Of a DNA stretch of 64,000 nucleotides, positions 43,943 to 53,014 are shown in pieces. Source of the DNA: Christensenella sp. UBA7102 (GTDB lineage Bacteria > Bacillota > Clostridia > Christensenellales > UBA1750); contig DKYK01000038.1 in NCBI GenBank assembly GCA_002492415.1, positions 47,028 to 111,027 of the forward strand, written 5' to 3'. The translations under genes were made by a program, and so were the position numbers. A model generated the notes under the pieces. The model was not told the DNA's origin and did no database searches. It saw only the letters and a list, made by a program, of their open reading frames with translations. The stretch's first letter is position 1. The number at the start of each line of letters is the position of its first letter.

Positions 43943-45502
43943 TTACTTGGTCAGGTACTTGGAGGCAACGTAGGTGCCGTTGCTCAGCTTGGCCCAGCCG
44001 CCGGAGATGGACTCCACCTGGACGGCGGCGTTGCGGGACAGGGTGCCCACCTTGGAGTAGGAGGTGCCCGCGCCGGAGCGCACGTTCAGGGTGCGGCAGG
44101 TGACGTACATGGTGGTGGCGCCAGAGCTGCTGCCATTCTCAGCGCGCAGATACTGCGCGGAGACGTAGTTGCCGTTGCTCAGCTTAGCCCAGCCGTTGGA
44201 GATGGAGGCGACCTCCACCGTGACGCCGTAGGACAGCGTGCCGGCCTTCGCATAGGAGGTGCCGGGGCCCTTGCGGACGTTCAGGGTGCTTGCGGTCACA
44301 ACGTACTTGGTGGCGTTGTTGACCGGGGGCACGACGTCATCCGCCGTCTTGCCGGTGACGGTGATCTTCATGGAAGAAGTGTTGTAGGTCTTGCCGTTCT
44401 TGGTGGTGTAGGAAGCGGTGATGTAGGCCACGCCCTCACGGGTACCGGTGACAACGGAACCGTTGACATCGATGACCTGCGCATCGGTGTTGGAGCCGGG
44501 CGTCAGGGTGGCGCTGACCGCGCGGCCAGTGGCCACGCCCATCACGACGGGAGAGTACTTCTCACCGATGGCGATGGTCTTGGAGGTCTCGGCAAAGTAG
44601 ATGCCCTTGGGATCGGTCTCCGTGATGCCGGTGCGGACCACCAGGTCGTACTTCTTGGTCTCGTAGTTCGCAGAAGCGGTCTCGAGCTTGAAGATAACGT
44701 CGCTGTCGGAGTTGCCGTTGAAGTAGTAAGGAGCGGCGGAGGCGTCGAGCTTCTGCTCCTTGTTGTCCTTCAGGCACAGAGCGCCCTTGTCAGAGGTGGG
44801 GTTGTAGGCCCAGGTGATCGCGGAGAAAGCCTTGCCGTTTTCATCGCCAAAGGTGATCTTCGCGATGGCGTCGGCCGCGGATTCGGTGTAGAAATCCAGG
44901 TAGATCTTGGAGCCCACGATGTAAGCGTCCACCTTGTTGTTGTACTTGTCGTCCACCACGATGTTGGTGATGGTCGCGGTCTTGGTGTTCTTGGAGTCCG
45001 CGGTGTTGACCAGCTTGAGGGAAACCTTGGCGGTCTCGGTGATGGTCTTGCCGTTGGTGGTCTCGGTCACCTGCACCAGATAGGTGTCGGAGTAGCCGGC
45101 CTTGGTCAGCTCAACAGGGAACTTGACGGCCTTGTTGCCGTTGTCCCAGCCGACGGTGTAAGCGGCCAGGGGGTCCACGGACAGCGTCTTGCCGTCGATG
45201 GTGACCTTGGCGTCCGCCGTAAAGTCGGCGTCAAAGCCGGTCAGGGTCACGACCGCCATGCGGGCGTCGCCGCTGAACTTGCCGGTGACGTCGGCCTTCA
45301 GCTTTGTGTAGTCGTACTCGTAGGTGAGGGAATTGGTCTTGGATGTAGATGCCTTGCCGGGCACTTCTTCGCCGACACTGTTGATGGCGATGTCATAGGA
45401 CTTGTCGCTGATGGTCTTGGACTCAGTGACCTCTGCAGACATCGCGGGGATCATGCACAGCACCATTACCAGCGCCAGCACGACCGCAAGAGTCTTCTTC
45501 AT
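43943..45502 (-). CDS. secreted surface protein with a Big_2-like Ig domain and two C-terminal SH3b domains
   Basis: The signal peptide is MKKTLAVVLALVMVLCMIPAMSA. The Ig-like segment is ...IDVNGSVVTGTREGVAYITASY... Two SH3b copies follow (TLNVR[KS]G[PA]GTSY[AS]K[AV]GTLS...GWAKLSNG[NT]YV). A strong terminator lies downstream. Confidence 0.85.
   Translation of the reverse strand: MKKTLAVVLALVMVLCMIPAMSAEVTESKTISDKSYDIAINSVGEEVPGKASTSKTNSLTYEYDYTKLKADVTGKFSGDARMAVVTLTGFDADFTADAKVTIDGKTLSVDPLAAYTVGWDNGNKAVKFPVELTKAGYSDTYLVQVTETTNGKTITETAKVSLKLVNTADSKNTKTATITNIVVDDKYNNKVDAYIVGSKIYLDFYTESAADAIAKITFGDENGKAFSAITWAYNPTSDKGALCLKDNKEQKLDASAAPYYFNGNSDSDVIFKLETASANYETKKYDLVVRTGITETDPKGIYFAETSKTIAIGEKYSPVVMGVATGRAVSATLTPGSNTDAQVIDVNGSVVTGTREGVAYITASYTTKNGKTYNTSSMKITVTGKTADDVVPPVNNATKYVVTASTLNVRKGPGTSYAKAGTLSYGVTVEVASISNGWAKLSNGNYVSAQYLRAENGSSSGATTMYVTCRTLNVRSGAGTSYSKVGTLSRNAAVQVESISGGWAKLSNGTYVASKYLTK
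43952..44312 (-). repeat. intragenic duplication of about 190 nt encoding two SH3b domains
   Basis: The two DNA copies share long identical runs (GTTGCTCAGCTTrGCCCAGCC..GGAGATGGA...). Both are in frame within the surface-protein gene. Confidence 0.7.
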
Positions 45503-45805
45503 GGTTTCAAACCCCTTTCCATTATTTTGAGCCACTCTTTAGCTCGAAAAAAGCATATCATACCAGAATCCATTTCGTAAAGAGTTTGAACCAAAAAGAA
45601 ACAGTTTTGCAATAACTTTTGATATATTTACGCTTTTTCATTCACTTTGTTTTCATTTTCCAATCAAAATTCCGTCACATTACGCATTTTTATCCATATA
45701 TGGATTTTTTTGATGGAGTTGTAAACATAAGCTGAAATATTTTCTTCATCCATTCATCACCATTTATTCACGATTTTTCCATATATTCCTTTTCTCCCCA
45801 GCGCA

Positions 45806-45848
45806 CAAAAAAAGCGCCTTCGCGGCTTGTTCTTCCGCGAAAGCGCCC
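45806..45848 (-). terminator. rho-independent terminator after the acidic zinc-ribbon gene
   Basis: A 12-bp stem (GCGCTTTCGCGG / CCGCGAAGGCGC, one wobble), followed by seven U on the minus strand. Confidence 0.75.
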
Positions 45849-45873
45849 TCTTTTCAGTAAGGCAATCTGCGCA

Positions 45874-46332
45874 TTATTCGTCGTCGCTGGTGGGGAACAG
45901 CTCCTTGCCGCATTCGGGGCACAGGTGCTCCTCTTCCAGGTCAAAGGCCTCCTGGTCGTAGTAGACGCTGGTCTTGCAGTGCGGGCACTCGTACTCAATA
46001 AAGTCGATCCCCTCACCGTCGTCTTCTTCGTCGTCCTCGTACTCTTCGTCCTCGTCGCCATGATGGTGATGGCCGCAACCGCAGTCGCAGTCGTCCTCGT
46101 CATCTTCATCGGCAAAGAGGAATTCTTCCACATCGCCCAGATCGGAGTCCAGCTCGTCGATATACTGCTCGGCCTCATCCTGCCGCGCCTCGATGGCCTC
46201 CAGCTCCTCGGAGATCTCCTCCAGCGCCTCCAGCATGCGCAGGATCAGCCGGTTCTGCAGGGTATCCTCCTTCAGGTCCATGCCCTCGGCCATGCCCTTT
46301 AAGTATGCAACCTTCTTGGAAACCTCGCTCAT
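45874..46332 (-). CDS. acidic zinc-ribbon protein (CD1247 N-terminal-domain-like)
   Basis: MSEVSKKVAYLKGMAEGMDL.. is followed by a coiled-coil, Asp/Glu-rich region, a CDCGCGHHHHGD cluster and a C-terminal CPHC..(17)..CPEC ribbon. The gene lies 54 nt after efp. Confidence 0.75.
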   Translation of the reverse strand: MSEVSKKVAYLKGMAEGMDLKEDTLQNRLILRMLEALEEISEELEAIEARQDEAEQYIDELDSDLGDVEEFLFADEDDEDDCDCGCGHHHHGDEDEEYEDDEEDDGEGIDFIEYECPHCKTSVYYDQEAFDLEEEHLCPECGKELFPTSDDE

Positions 46333-46386
46333 GTTTGCATTGCCTCCTTCCGCAGCGGCTCGCGCCGTGCTTTCAGTATGCCCGGA

Positions 46387-46944
46387 TTACGCGCGCTCCA
46401 TGTACTCGCCGGTGCGGGTATCCACGCGAATCTTCTCGCCCTGGTTGATGAAGATCGGCACCGCGACCACGCAGCCGGTCTCCAGGGTGGCGGGCTTGGT
46501 GACGTTGGTTGCCGTGTCGCCGCGGACGCCGGGCTCGGTCTCCACGACCTCCAGCACCACGAAGTTGGGGGCTTCTACGGAGAAGGGAGAGCCCTTGAAG
46601 AAGCGCACGGTGCAGTTGGTGTTCTCCTTGACATAGGGGATGGCATCCTCCACCACGTCGTGGTTCATGGGGATCTGCTCAAACGTATCCACGTCCATGA
46701 AGTAGTAGAAGTCGCCGTCGGTGTACAGATAGGTCATTTCCTTGGTCTCGATGGTGGCACGGGTGCAGGAGTCCGTGGGGTTGAACGTGCGCTCAAGCAC
46801 CTGACCGGTCATGACATTCTTCATCTTGGTGCGCACGAACGCAGCGCCCTTGCCGGGCTTGACGTGCTGGAAGTCAACGATGGTGAACACGTTGCCGTCG
46901 ATCTCGATGGTCGTGCCCTTGCGGATATCGCCAGCCTTGATCAT
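46387..46944 (-). CDS. efp: elongation factor P
   Basis: The product is [43 protein letters not shown]... The start follows GGAGG. Confidence 0.95.
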   Translation of the reverse strand: MIKAGDIRKGTTIEIDGNVFTIVDFQHVKPGKGAAFVRTKMKNVMTGQVLERTFNPTDSCTRATIETKEMTYLYTDGDFYYFMDVDTFEQIPMNHDVVEDAIPYVKENTNCTVRFFKGSPFSVEAPNFVVLEVVETEPGVRGDTATNVTKPATLETGCVVAVPIFINQGEKIRVDTRTGEYMERA

Positions 46945-47079
46945 GAGTAAAACCTCCATTTGAGTAAGTAAAAGGTGTATTCAGCGGTCCGCCTGGCGGC
47001 GGATCCCGCAGCCATGACGCCATTATCTGAATTATTTTAGCATATTCGCCGCACTTTGGCTAGTATGCGGCACAATGTA

Positions 47080-47949
47080 TTACACATTTTTCACGAAAGA
47101 CAGGTATTTTTCCCGCATCTGCTTCGCGTCCTGCGCCTGCGTGCCCGCCGATTCGCAGATCACCACGGGACGCAGTCCCCTGCGCACAAGACAAGGTGCC
47201 AGATGCGCAAAATCCGGCCCGAATCCCTCCTCCGCAAAAGTACGGTGGCGCTTTTCACCGGCGCCGGTGTATTCGATGTGCGAAAAATGCACGTGAAAGT
47301 TCTCCATCCGCGCATGTCCCAGCGCCCTCTCGGCCTCCCCGAGCAGCGCGTCAAAGTCCGCTTCGCCGTTTATACATCCGCAGCCCGCCGCGTGCAGGTG
47401 CGCAAAGTCGATGCAGGGCGTCACCTGTTCGCCGTAGGGCGCGCACAGCGCCAGCACCTCGGAAAGCGTGCCGTACTGGTTTCTCTTGCCCAGCGTCTCA
47501 GGGCAGAGCACGACATCCGGATAGGCGGAGAGCACCTCTTCCACAGCGCGGTGCATCAGCGCCTCAGCACGTTCCCGCGCCGCCGGCCGCGTGCTCTTCA
47601 TCAGCGCGCCCGGATGGAAGATCACCCGCCTGCCGCCCATCCAACGCACCGCCTGCGCCGCCTGCATCAAATAGCGCACCGTAGCCGCCTGTTTTTCCGG
47701 GTCCGGGTTGCACAGATTGGTGAAATACGGCGCATGGATAGAGAGCTCCACACCGTTCTCCGCAGCCGCCTCCCCGATGCGCCGCGCCGTGTCTTCCTTT
47801 AGCATGACGCCGCGCCCACAGGAGTATTCGTAGGCGTCCAAGCCCATCTTCTTCAAATACTCCGGCGCCTGTACGGTGGATTTGTATCCTTTTTCATAGA
47901 AATCCTCGCAGTTCCCCGCGGGGCCGAAGCGCGCTATGCGATCTTCCAT
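47080..47949 (-). CDS. AP-endonuclease-2/xylose-isomerase-like TIM-barrel protein (endonuclease IV-like)
   Basis: I use the internal start MEDRIARFGPAG. LSIHAPYFTNL, VIFHPG and metal-ligand-like HVHFSHIEY are present. The specific function is uncertain. The gene overlaps the yqeG-like gene by 16 nt. Confidence 0.75.
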   Translation of the reverse strand: MEDRIARFGPAGNCEDFYEKGYKSTVQAPEYLKKMGLDAYEYSCGRGVMLKEDTARRIGEAAAENGVELSIHAPYFTNLCNPDPEKQAATVRYLMQAAQAVRWMGGRRVIFHPGALMKSTRPAARERAEALMHRAVEEVLSAYPDVVLCPETLGKRNQYGTLSEVLALCAPYGEQVTPCIDFAHLHAAGCGCINGEADFDALLGEAERALGHARMENFHVHFSHIEYTGAGEKRHRTFAEEGFGPDFAHLAPCLVRRGLRPVVICESAGTQAQDAKQMREKYLSFVKNV

Positions 47950-48425
47950 AATTTTTTGATCACCCTTTCCATCGCGCGGTTGATGCGCGTGCCCAAAAAC
48001 TCGCTGTTCCCGTCGATGGGTTCGAGCAGCACCGTGTGCATGCCCGCAAGATTGCCAGCCACAACGTCGGTCATCAGCTGGTCGCCGATCATCGCGCACT
48101 GTCTGGGCGCAAGGCCCAGCGTCTTGGCCGCCCTTCTCAGCTTAAAGGGCAGCGGCTTGCCCGCGCGCGGCACCGCGCCGATGCGCAGTGTTTCGGTCAG
48201 CGGCATCAGGCGCCTGAGCGAGTTGTTGGACGCCACCAGCACCGCAAAGCCTGCGGTCTTGGCGCTCTCCACCCACTCCACCACCTCCGGTGAAAGCTCC
48301 GGGCTGTTCCACGGACTGAGCGTATTGTCCGCGTCCAGCAGCAGCGCCTTGACGCCCACGTGCCGCAGGCAGTAGAGGTTTACGTTCTGCAGGCGCAGCG
48401 CCTGCGTATCGGGTCTGAAGCACAT
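47934..48425 (-). CDS. YqeG-family HAD-IIIA phosphatase
   Basis: The product has LLLDADNTL, VASNN and GDQLMTDV. Confidence 0.85.
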   Translation of the reverse strand: MCFRPDTQALRLQNVNLYCLRHVGVKALLLDADNTLSPWNSPELSPEVVEWVESAKTAGFAVLVASNNSLRRLMPLTETLRIGAVPRAGKPLPFKLRRAAKTLGLAPRQCAMIGDQLMTDVVAGNLAGMHTVLLEPIDGNSEFLGTRINRAMERVIKKLWKIA

Positions 48426-48652
48426 ATCGCGCAGTTCTCCCTCGGTATATTTATTTTGTTTATTTTACACGAAAATACACCGCTCGTAAAGTATGGATTG
48501 TATTTTTTCGATGTTTAGGCAGAAAATTGCACATTACGTTCGTTTTGATGTTAAAAATTATGTAAAGAATGCTTAGGCCGCCTGTTTTGGTGCAGAATTT
48601 TGACGGAGATTGTGTTATACTGTGATCCAGAAAGATCAGGAGGTGTCCCTTC

Positions 48653-49852
48653 ATGCAAGACAGTCTCTCTCGCCCGGGCTACGAGCCCCAGTCCGTTGCC
48701 CCTCTGGGTATCATTGCCATGGATGGTTGCCCCGAACTGGGCAAAAAGGTCAACGACTACCTCGTCAAATGGGAGAAGGAGCCCGAAAACGCCGACCAGG
48801 TGCTGCTCACCCACCCCGGCTATCAGAACGACGGTTTTCTGCTGGACGCCGACTGCCCGCGCTTTTCCTCCGGTGAAGGCAAGGGCGTCATCCGCCAGTC
48901 GGTGCGCGGCTATGATCTCTACATTCTCTGCGACGTGACCAATTACTCCAAGACCTACCGCATGTACGGCATGGACGTGCCCATGTCTCCCGACGATTAT
49001 TTTCAGGATCTCAAGCGCATCATCGCCGCCGAAGGCAAAAAGGCAAAGCGCGTCTCCGTCATCATGCCCTATCTCTACGAAGGGCGTCAGCATCGCAGGG
49101 CCGCGCGCGAGTCTCTGGACTGCGCCATGATGCTCCAGGAGCTGACCACGCTGGGCATCGACAACATCATCACCTTTGACGCGCACGATCCCCGCGTGCA
49201 GAACGCCATCCCCCACTCGGGCTTTGAGAACGTCATGCCCACCTATCAGATGCTCAAAGCGCTGCTGCGCAAGCTGCCCGATCTGCGCATCGACCGCGAT
49301 CACATGATGATCATCTCCCCCGACGAGGGCGCCGCGGGCCGCAACATCTATTACGCCACCATGCTGGGCCTGGATATGGGCCTGTTCTACAAGCGGCGCG
49401 ACTACTCCGTCGTGGTCAACGGCCGCAACCCCATCGTAGCGCATGAGTACATGGGCGAGTCCGTTGAGGGCAAGGACGTGCTCATCGCGGACGACATCCT
49501 GGCCACGGGCGATTCCATGTTGGACCTGGCGCGCGAGCTCAAGCGCCGCAAGTGCGGCCGCATCTTCATGGCCACCACCTTTGCCATGTTCACCAACGGC
49601 ATCGAGGTGTTCAAAAAGGCGTATGCCGAGGGCCTGTTCGATTACATACTCGCCACCAACCTGAGCTATCTGCGTCCCGAGTTGCGCGAGCAGCCCTGGT
49701 TCGTTGAGGTGGATATGTCCAAGTACATCGCGCTGATCATCGCCACGCTGAACCACGATCGCTCCATCTCTCCACTGCTCAATCCGCTGCAGCGCATCCA
49801 GAAGCTGCTTACCCGTCACCGCGCCGCGCTGATGGAGCAGAATATCAAGTAA
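48653..49852 (+). CDS. prs: ribose-phosphate pyrophosphokinase (long form)
   Basis: The product has MPYLYEGRQHR, TFDAHD and the PRPP loop VLIADDILATGDS. AGGAGG precedes the ATG. Confidence 0.9.
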   Translation: MQDSLSRPGYEPQSVAPLGIIAMDGCPELGKKVNDYLVKWEKEPENADQVLLTHPGYQNDGFLLDADCPRFSSGEGKGVIRQSVRGYDLYILCDVTNYSKTYRMYGMDVPMSPDDYFQDLKRIIAAEGKKAKRVSVIMPYLYEGRQHRRAARESLDCAMMLQELTTLGIDNIITFDAHDPRVQNAIPHSGFENVMPTYQMLKALLRKLPDLRIDRDHMMIISPDEGAAGRNIYYATMLGLDMGLFYKRRDYSVVVNGRNPIVAHEYMGESVEGKDVLIADDILATGDSMLDLARELKRRKCGRIFMATTFAMFTNGIEVFKKAYAEGLFDYILATNLSYLRPELREQPWFVEVDMSKYIALIIATLNHDRSISPLLNPLQRIQKLLTRHRAALMEQNIK

Positions 49853-49883
49853 TTTCCATCCGCCCCTTTCCAGGCCGTTTTTC

Positions 49884-49914
49884 GCCGCTTTTTGTGCGAA
49901 GAGCGGCCTTTTTG
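49884..49914 (+). terminator. weak terminator after prs
   Basis: A 6-bp stem (GCCGCT / AGCGGC), then CTTTTTG. Confidence 0.4.
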
Positions 49915-49926
49915 TCCATGCTGCGC

Positions 49927-49955
49927 TTTACATCGCCGCGCGCATGCTTTATAAT
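49927..49955 (+). promoter_or_regulatory. SigA-type promoter, TTTACA-17-TATAAT
   Basis: It lies upstream of the 107-aa ORF and the lyxose isomerase/Cof/DUF362 genes. Confidence 0.5.
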
Positions 49956-49997
49956 GGAACTGCACTGAAAAAAGTCGAAAAGGGAGGGATCGCGCCG

Positions 49998-50321
49998 ATG
50001 GAACAGCCCGCCCGCGCCTGCTCGCCCGAGGCCTTCCGCACCGTCTATCGCCTGTGCGTGCGCCTGTCGCGCAAAACGCGCTTTCTCCCCTATCTGTGTG
50101 CTGTGCACACCCCCGACGCCCCGCGTGCCGTCCAGTCGCTGCTCGGCGCGCTGCACGGCGGCGAGGTGGTCAGCGCCGTGTGTCCTGACCTCGTCTATGT
50201 GCTGCTGCTCGTCACCGCCGAAGAGACCGCGCAGGCCGTGCAGCGCGGCGTCTGCCGTGCGCTGCCCCGCGCGCAGGTTCGCCTGCAGTGCGTCCGTGCA
50301 GACCTCTCAGCGTCGGACTGA
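49998..50321 (+). CDS. hypothetical protein (107 aa)
   Basis: The internal start MEQPARA lies 8 nt after AGGGAGGG and downstream of a TTTACA-17-TATAAT promoter. Third-position G+C is high, as in real genes here. I recognise no family. Confidence 0.5.
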   Translation: MEQPARACSPEAFRTVYRLCVRLSRKTRFLPYLCAVHTPDAPRAVQSLLGALHGGEVVSAVCPDLVYVLLLVTAEETAQAVQRGVCRALPRAQVRLQCVRADLSASD

Positions 50322-50360
50322 TGCCTTCAAAAACGCCGTCAGGCAAAGGAGGAAGCCCCC

Positions 50361-50906
50361 ATGATCACCCGTGCCCAGCAAAGCGACGCCGTTCGCGCTG
50401 CGCTTGCGCTTTACGAAAAGGCGTGCATCGCCGTCACACCTGAAGAGGCCGCCCGCATCGAAGTGGCGGACTTCGGTCTGTCCGATCTGCCCGCCATCGG
50501 CCTGCAGCTGCTCATCTACATCAACACCCCGCGCGTGTGCGCCAAGGAGATGGCGCTGCTGCCCCACCAAACCTGCCCCGAGCATCTCCATCCGGAAATC
50601 GACGGTCAGCCCGGCAAGGAGGAGACCTTCCGCTGCCGTTGGGGCGTGTGCCACCTGTTCGTCTATGACAAGGCCTGCAAGTGCCCCTCTCCGCTGACCC
50701 CCGCAGGCTATGAAGCGGGCTTTACTGCCTTCCGCCATATCGAGCTGCGCCCGGGCGAGCAGTACACCATCTACCCCGGCACGCTGCACTGGTTCACCGC
50801 GGGCGACGAGGGCGCGGTAATCTCTGAGTTTTCCACCACGAGCCGTGACGAATTCGATGTCTTCACCGACCCGCGCATCCAGCGCGCCACCCTTGTCACC
50901 GGCTGA
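50361..50906 (+). CDS. D-lyxose/D-mannose family sugar isomerase (cupin)
   Basis: IEVADFGL, CAKEM.L.P.QTCPEHLHP, GKEETFRC, HWFTAG and SEFST fit the YdaE-type lyxose isomerase family. Confidence 0.8.
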   Translation: MITRAQQSDAVRAALALYEKACIAVTPEEAARIEVADFGLSDLPAIGLQLLIYINTPRVCAKEMALLPHQTCPEHLHPEIDGQPGKEETFRCRWGVCHLFVYDKACKCPSPLTPAGYEAGFTAFRHIELRPGEQYTIYPGTLHWFTAGDEGAVISEFSTTSRDEFDVFTDPRIQRATLVTG

Positions 50907-51044
50907 GTTTGGAACAAGCACCGCCCTGCGCACCCGCGCAGCGGCGGTCTTTTTCGCAGTTCTGCAAACTTTATGTAGAAATCTGGTGTGCAGATGTGGT
51001 ATGATAAAGTGAATATCAGTGCACTGATCTGTAAGGAGTCCGTC

Positions 51045-51875
51045 ATGCAACAGATTCGCCTCATCGCCATCGACCTGGACGGCACGCTGCTCAATTCTGA
51101 CAAGGACATTTCCGCCTATAACCTTGCGGTGCTGCGCCGTGCCATCGCCGCGGGCGTGTACGTCGCCATCTCCAGCGGCCGCCGCTATGCCGACGTGACG
51201 GCCATCTCCGAGCGCATCGCGCCCGGGCAGCCCATCATCTGCTCCAACGGCGCCATGGCCTGCACGCAGAATCCGTTCGAACTGGTCTATTGCGAATGCC
51301 TAAGCAAGGAAAAACTGCGCGCCGTGGTGGGTGTACTGGAAAAGGAGTCCTGCTATTATCATGTCTACTGCGACGACGGCTCCGTGATGGAGAGCCGCAC
51401 CGCCAACCCTGGCAAAAAACGTAAGCTCAATTGCTACGACTATGCAGGCGACATCCTCACCGGCGATGAAATGCCCAAGTACGTAGGCGACGGCGCGCTC
51501 AAGGTGGTGTGCTTCACCCCCGATATTGAAAAACTCCAGCGCATCCGCGCCGGCATGGAGACCGTAGGCGGTCTGGAGGTCAGTTCTTCCTGGTGGGACA
51601 ATCTGGAAATGCTGGCCGGCGGCGTTCATAAAGGCGCCGCGCTGCACGCGCTGGCCGATAAGCTGGGGATTCCCATCGGGCAGACCATGGCCATTGGCGA
51701 TAACGAGAACGACTTGAGCATGCTGCGCGCCGCGGGCCTGTCCGTCGCCATGGGCAACGCCTCCGATGCCATCAAAGCTCAAGTGAATTACGTCACCGCC
51801 ACCAACGACGAGGATGGCGTGGGCAGGGCCATCGCTAAGCTGGTCCTGAATTCGGAAGAGGGGGAAACCCCATGA
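51045..51875 (+). CDS. Cof-type HAD-IIB hydrolase
   Basis: The product has IAIDLDGTLL, SGR and GDNENDLSML. The start follows AAGGAG. Confidence 0.9.
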   Translation: MQQIRLIAIDLDGTLLNSDKDISAYNLAVLRRAIAAGVYVAISSGRRYADVTAISERIAPGQPIICSNGAMACTQNPFELVYCECLSKEKLRAVVGVLEKESCYYHVYCDDGSVMESRTANPGKKRKLNCYDYAGDILTGDEMPKYVGDGALKVVCFTPDIEKLQRIRAGMETVGGLEVSSSWWDNLEMLAGGVHKGAALHALADKLGIPIGQTMAIGDNENDLSMLRAAGLSVAMGNASDAIKAQVNYVTATNDEDGVGRAIAKLVLNSEEGETP

Positions 51876-52981
51876 CAAAGGTCATCCTGCGGCGCTGTGA
51901 AGAATACGATTTGAAAGAAATCCAGCGCATACTGCACGAGTCCATCGAGCAGCTCGGCGGCATCCCGGCACTTCGCCCCGGCGCAAAGGTGCTGGTCAAG
52001 CCCAATCTTCTGATGCGCCGCGATCCCGACCGCCACACCACCACCCACCCCGTCGTGGTGGAAGCCGTGGTGCGTCAGCTGCAGGCCATGGGGTGCAGCG
52101 TCATCCTGGCCGACAGCCCCGGCGGTCCCTTCACCGAAGGGCTGCTGCGCGGCCTGTACGCGCTGACCGGCATGGAGGATGTCGCAAACCGCACTGGCGC
52201 CAGCCTGAACTGCTCCACCGAAAGCGTCGAGGTGGAGCTCCCCGACGCCTATCAGAGCCATATGCTCACAGTCATGCGCTGCGCGGCCGAGGCCGACTGC
52301 ATCGTCAGCGTAGGCAAGATTAAGACCCACGGTTTGACTGCCTACACCGGCGCGGTCAAGAATCTGTTCGGTCTGGTGCCGGGCATGCTCAAGGTGGACG
52401 CGCACGCTCGCTATCCCGACATTTCCGAGTTTTCCAAGCTGCTGCTGGACATTGAGCGCTGGGCGCAGCCCTGTCTGAGCGTGTTGGATGGAATCTTCGG
52501 CATGGAGGGCGCGGGGCCCTCGGGCGGCAGCCCGCGGCGTCTGAATGCGCTCGTCGTCTCCGACAATGCTCACGCCTGTGACGTGGTGGGCGCCGCCCTC
52601 ATCGGTTTTGCGCCCGAGGAGGTCGCAACGCTCAAGTGCGCCGCGAATCTGGGCGTGCTGCCCGTGCCCGTGGTTGTGGGCGATAGCGTGGACAGCCTTG
52701 CTCAACGTTTCCGCCGCGCCCCTGCGGACGCCGCCGCGCGCGGTATTTTGACCAACCCGATCTTTGCCCGCATGGTGCGTTCCAAGCCCGTGGTCAAAAA
52801 GAGCAGGTGCGTGGGCTGCGGCGCGTGCATGCGCTCCTGTCCCGGCAAGGCCATCGAACTGGTGGACAAAAGGCCCCGCTTCCATTACGAAAACTGTATC
52901 CGCTGCTACTGTTGTCAGGAGCTCTGCCCGCAGACGGCGATAGAAGTATGGCAGCCATTCTTCATGAAATGGCTGCGGTAA
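51872..52981 (+). CDS. DUF362 domain protein with a C-terminal 2x[4Fe-4S] ferredoxin domain
   Basis: VLVKPN and KTHGLT are DUF362-type motifs. The cluster motifs are CVGCGACMRSCP and CIRCYCCQELCP. The start overlaps the upstream stop (ATGA). Confidence 0.85.
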   Translation: MTKVILRRCEEYDLKEIQRILHESIEQLGGIPALRPGAKVLVKPNLLMRRDPDRHTTTHPVVVEAVVRQLQAMGCSVILADSPGGPFTEGLLRGLYALTGMEDVANRTGASLNCSTESVEVELPDAYQSHMLTVMRCAAEADCIVSVGKIKTHGLTAYTGAVKNLFGLVPGMLKVDAHARYPDISEFSKLLLDIERWAQPCLSVLDGIFGMEGAGPSGGSPRRLNALVVSDNAHACDVVGAALIGFAPEEVATLKCAANLGVLPVPVVVGDSVDSLAQRFRRAPADAAARGILTNPIFARMVRSKPVVKKSRCVGCGACMRSCPGKAIELVDKRPRFHYENCIRCYCCQELCPQTAIEVWQPFFMKWLR

Positions 52982-53014
52982 CATATTATTTTATATCTGG
53001 AGGTGTCGTTGATC

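Noticed and set aside
43952-44312. The duplicated ~190-nt segment as a possible diversity-generating retroelement template/variable pair
   Set aside because: Both copies lie in frame inside one gene and encode two SH3b domains. The differences are not restricted to adenine positions. No reverse transcriptase gene is in the window.
43931-45580. 549-aa ORF on the plus strand
   Set aside because: It is antisense to the secreted SH3b protein gene. The translation is Gly/Val/Asp/His low complexity. The minus-strand frame has a signal peptide, recognisable domains, an RBS and a terminator.
45503-45805. Possible c-di-GMP or other riboswitch ahead of the surface-protein gene
   Set aside because: The sequence is about 25-35% G+C and lacks the G+C-rich paired elements of the GEMM-type motifs as I remember them. 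I retain it only as an unusual regulatory region.
48426-48652. Possible riboswitch or leader in the AT-rich region upstream of prs
   Set aside because: I could not recognise any conserved riboswitch core or T-box elements. The region is AT-rich with no stable G+C helices, and it is better explained as a divergent promoter region for prs and the yqeG-like gene.
48551-49819. 422-aa ORF on the minus strand
   Set aside because: It is antisense to prs, whose motifs are unambiguous. It has no RBS and a low-complexity translation.
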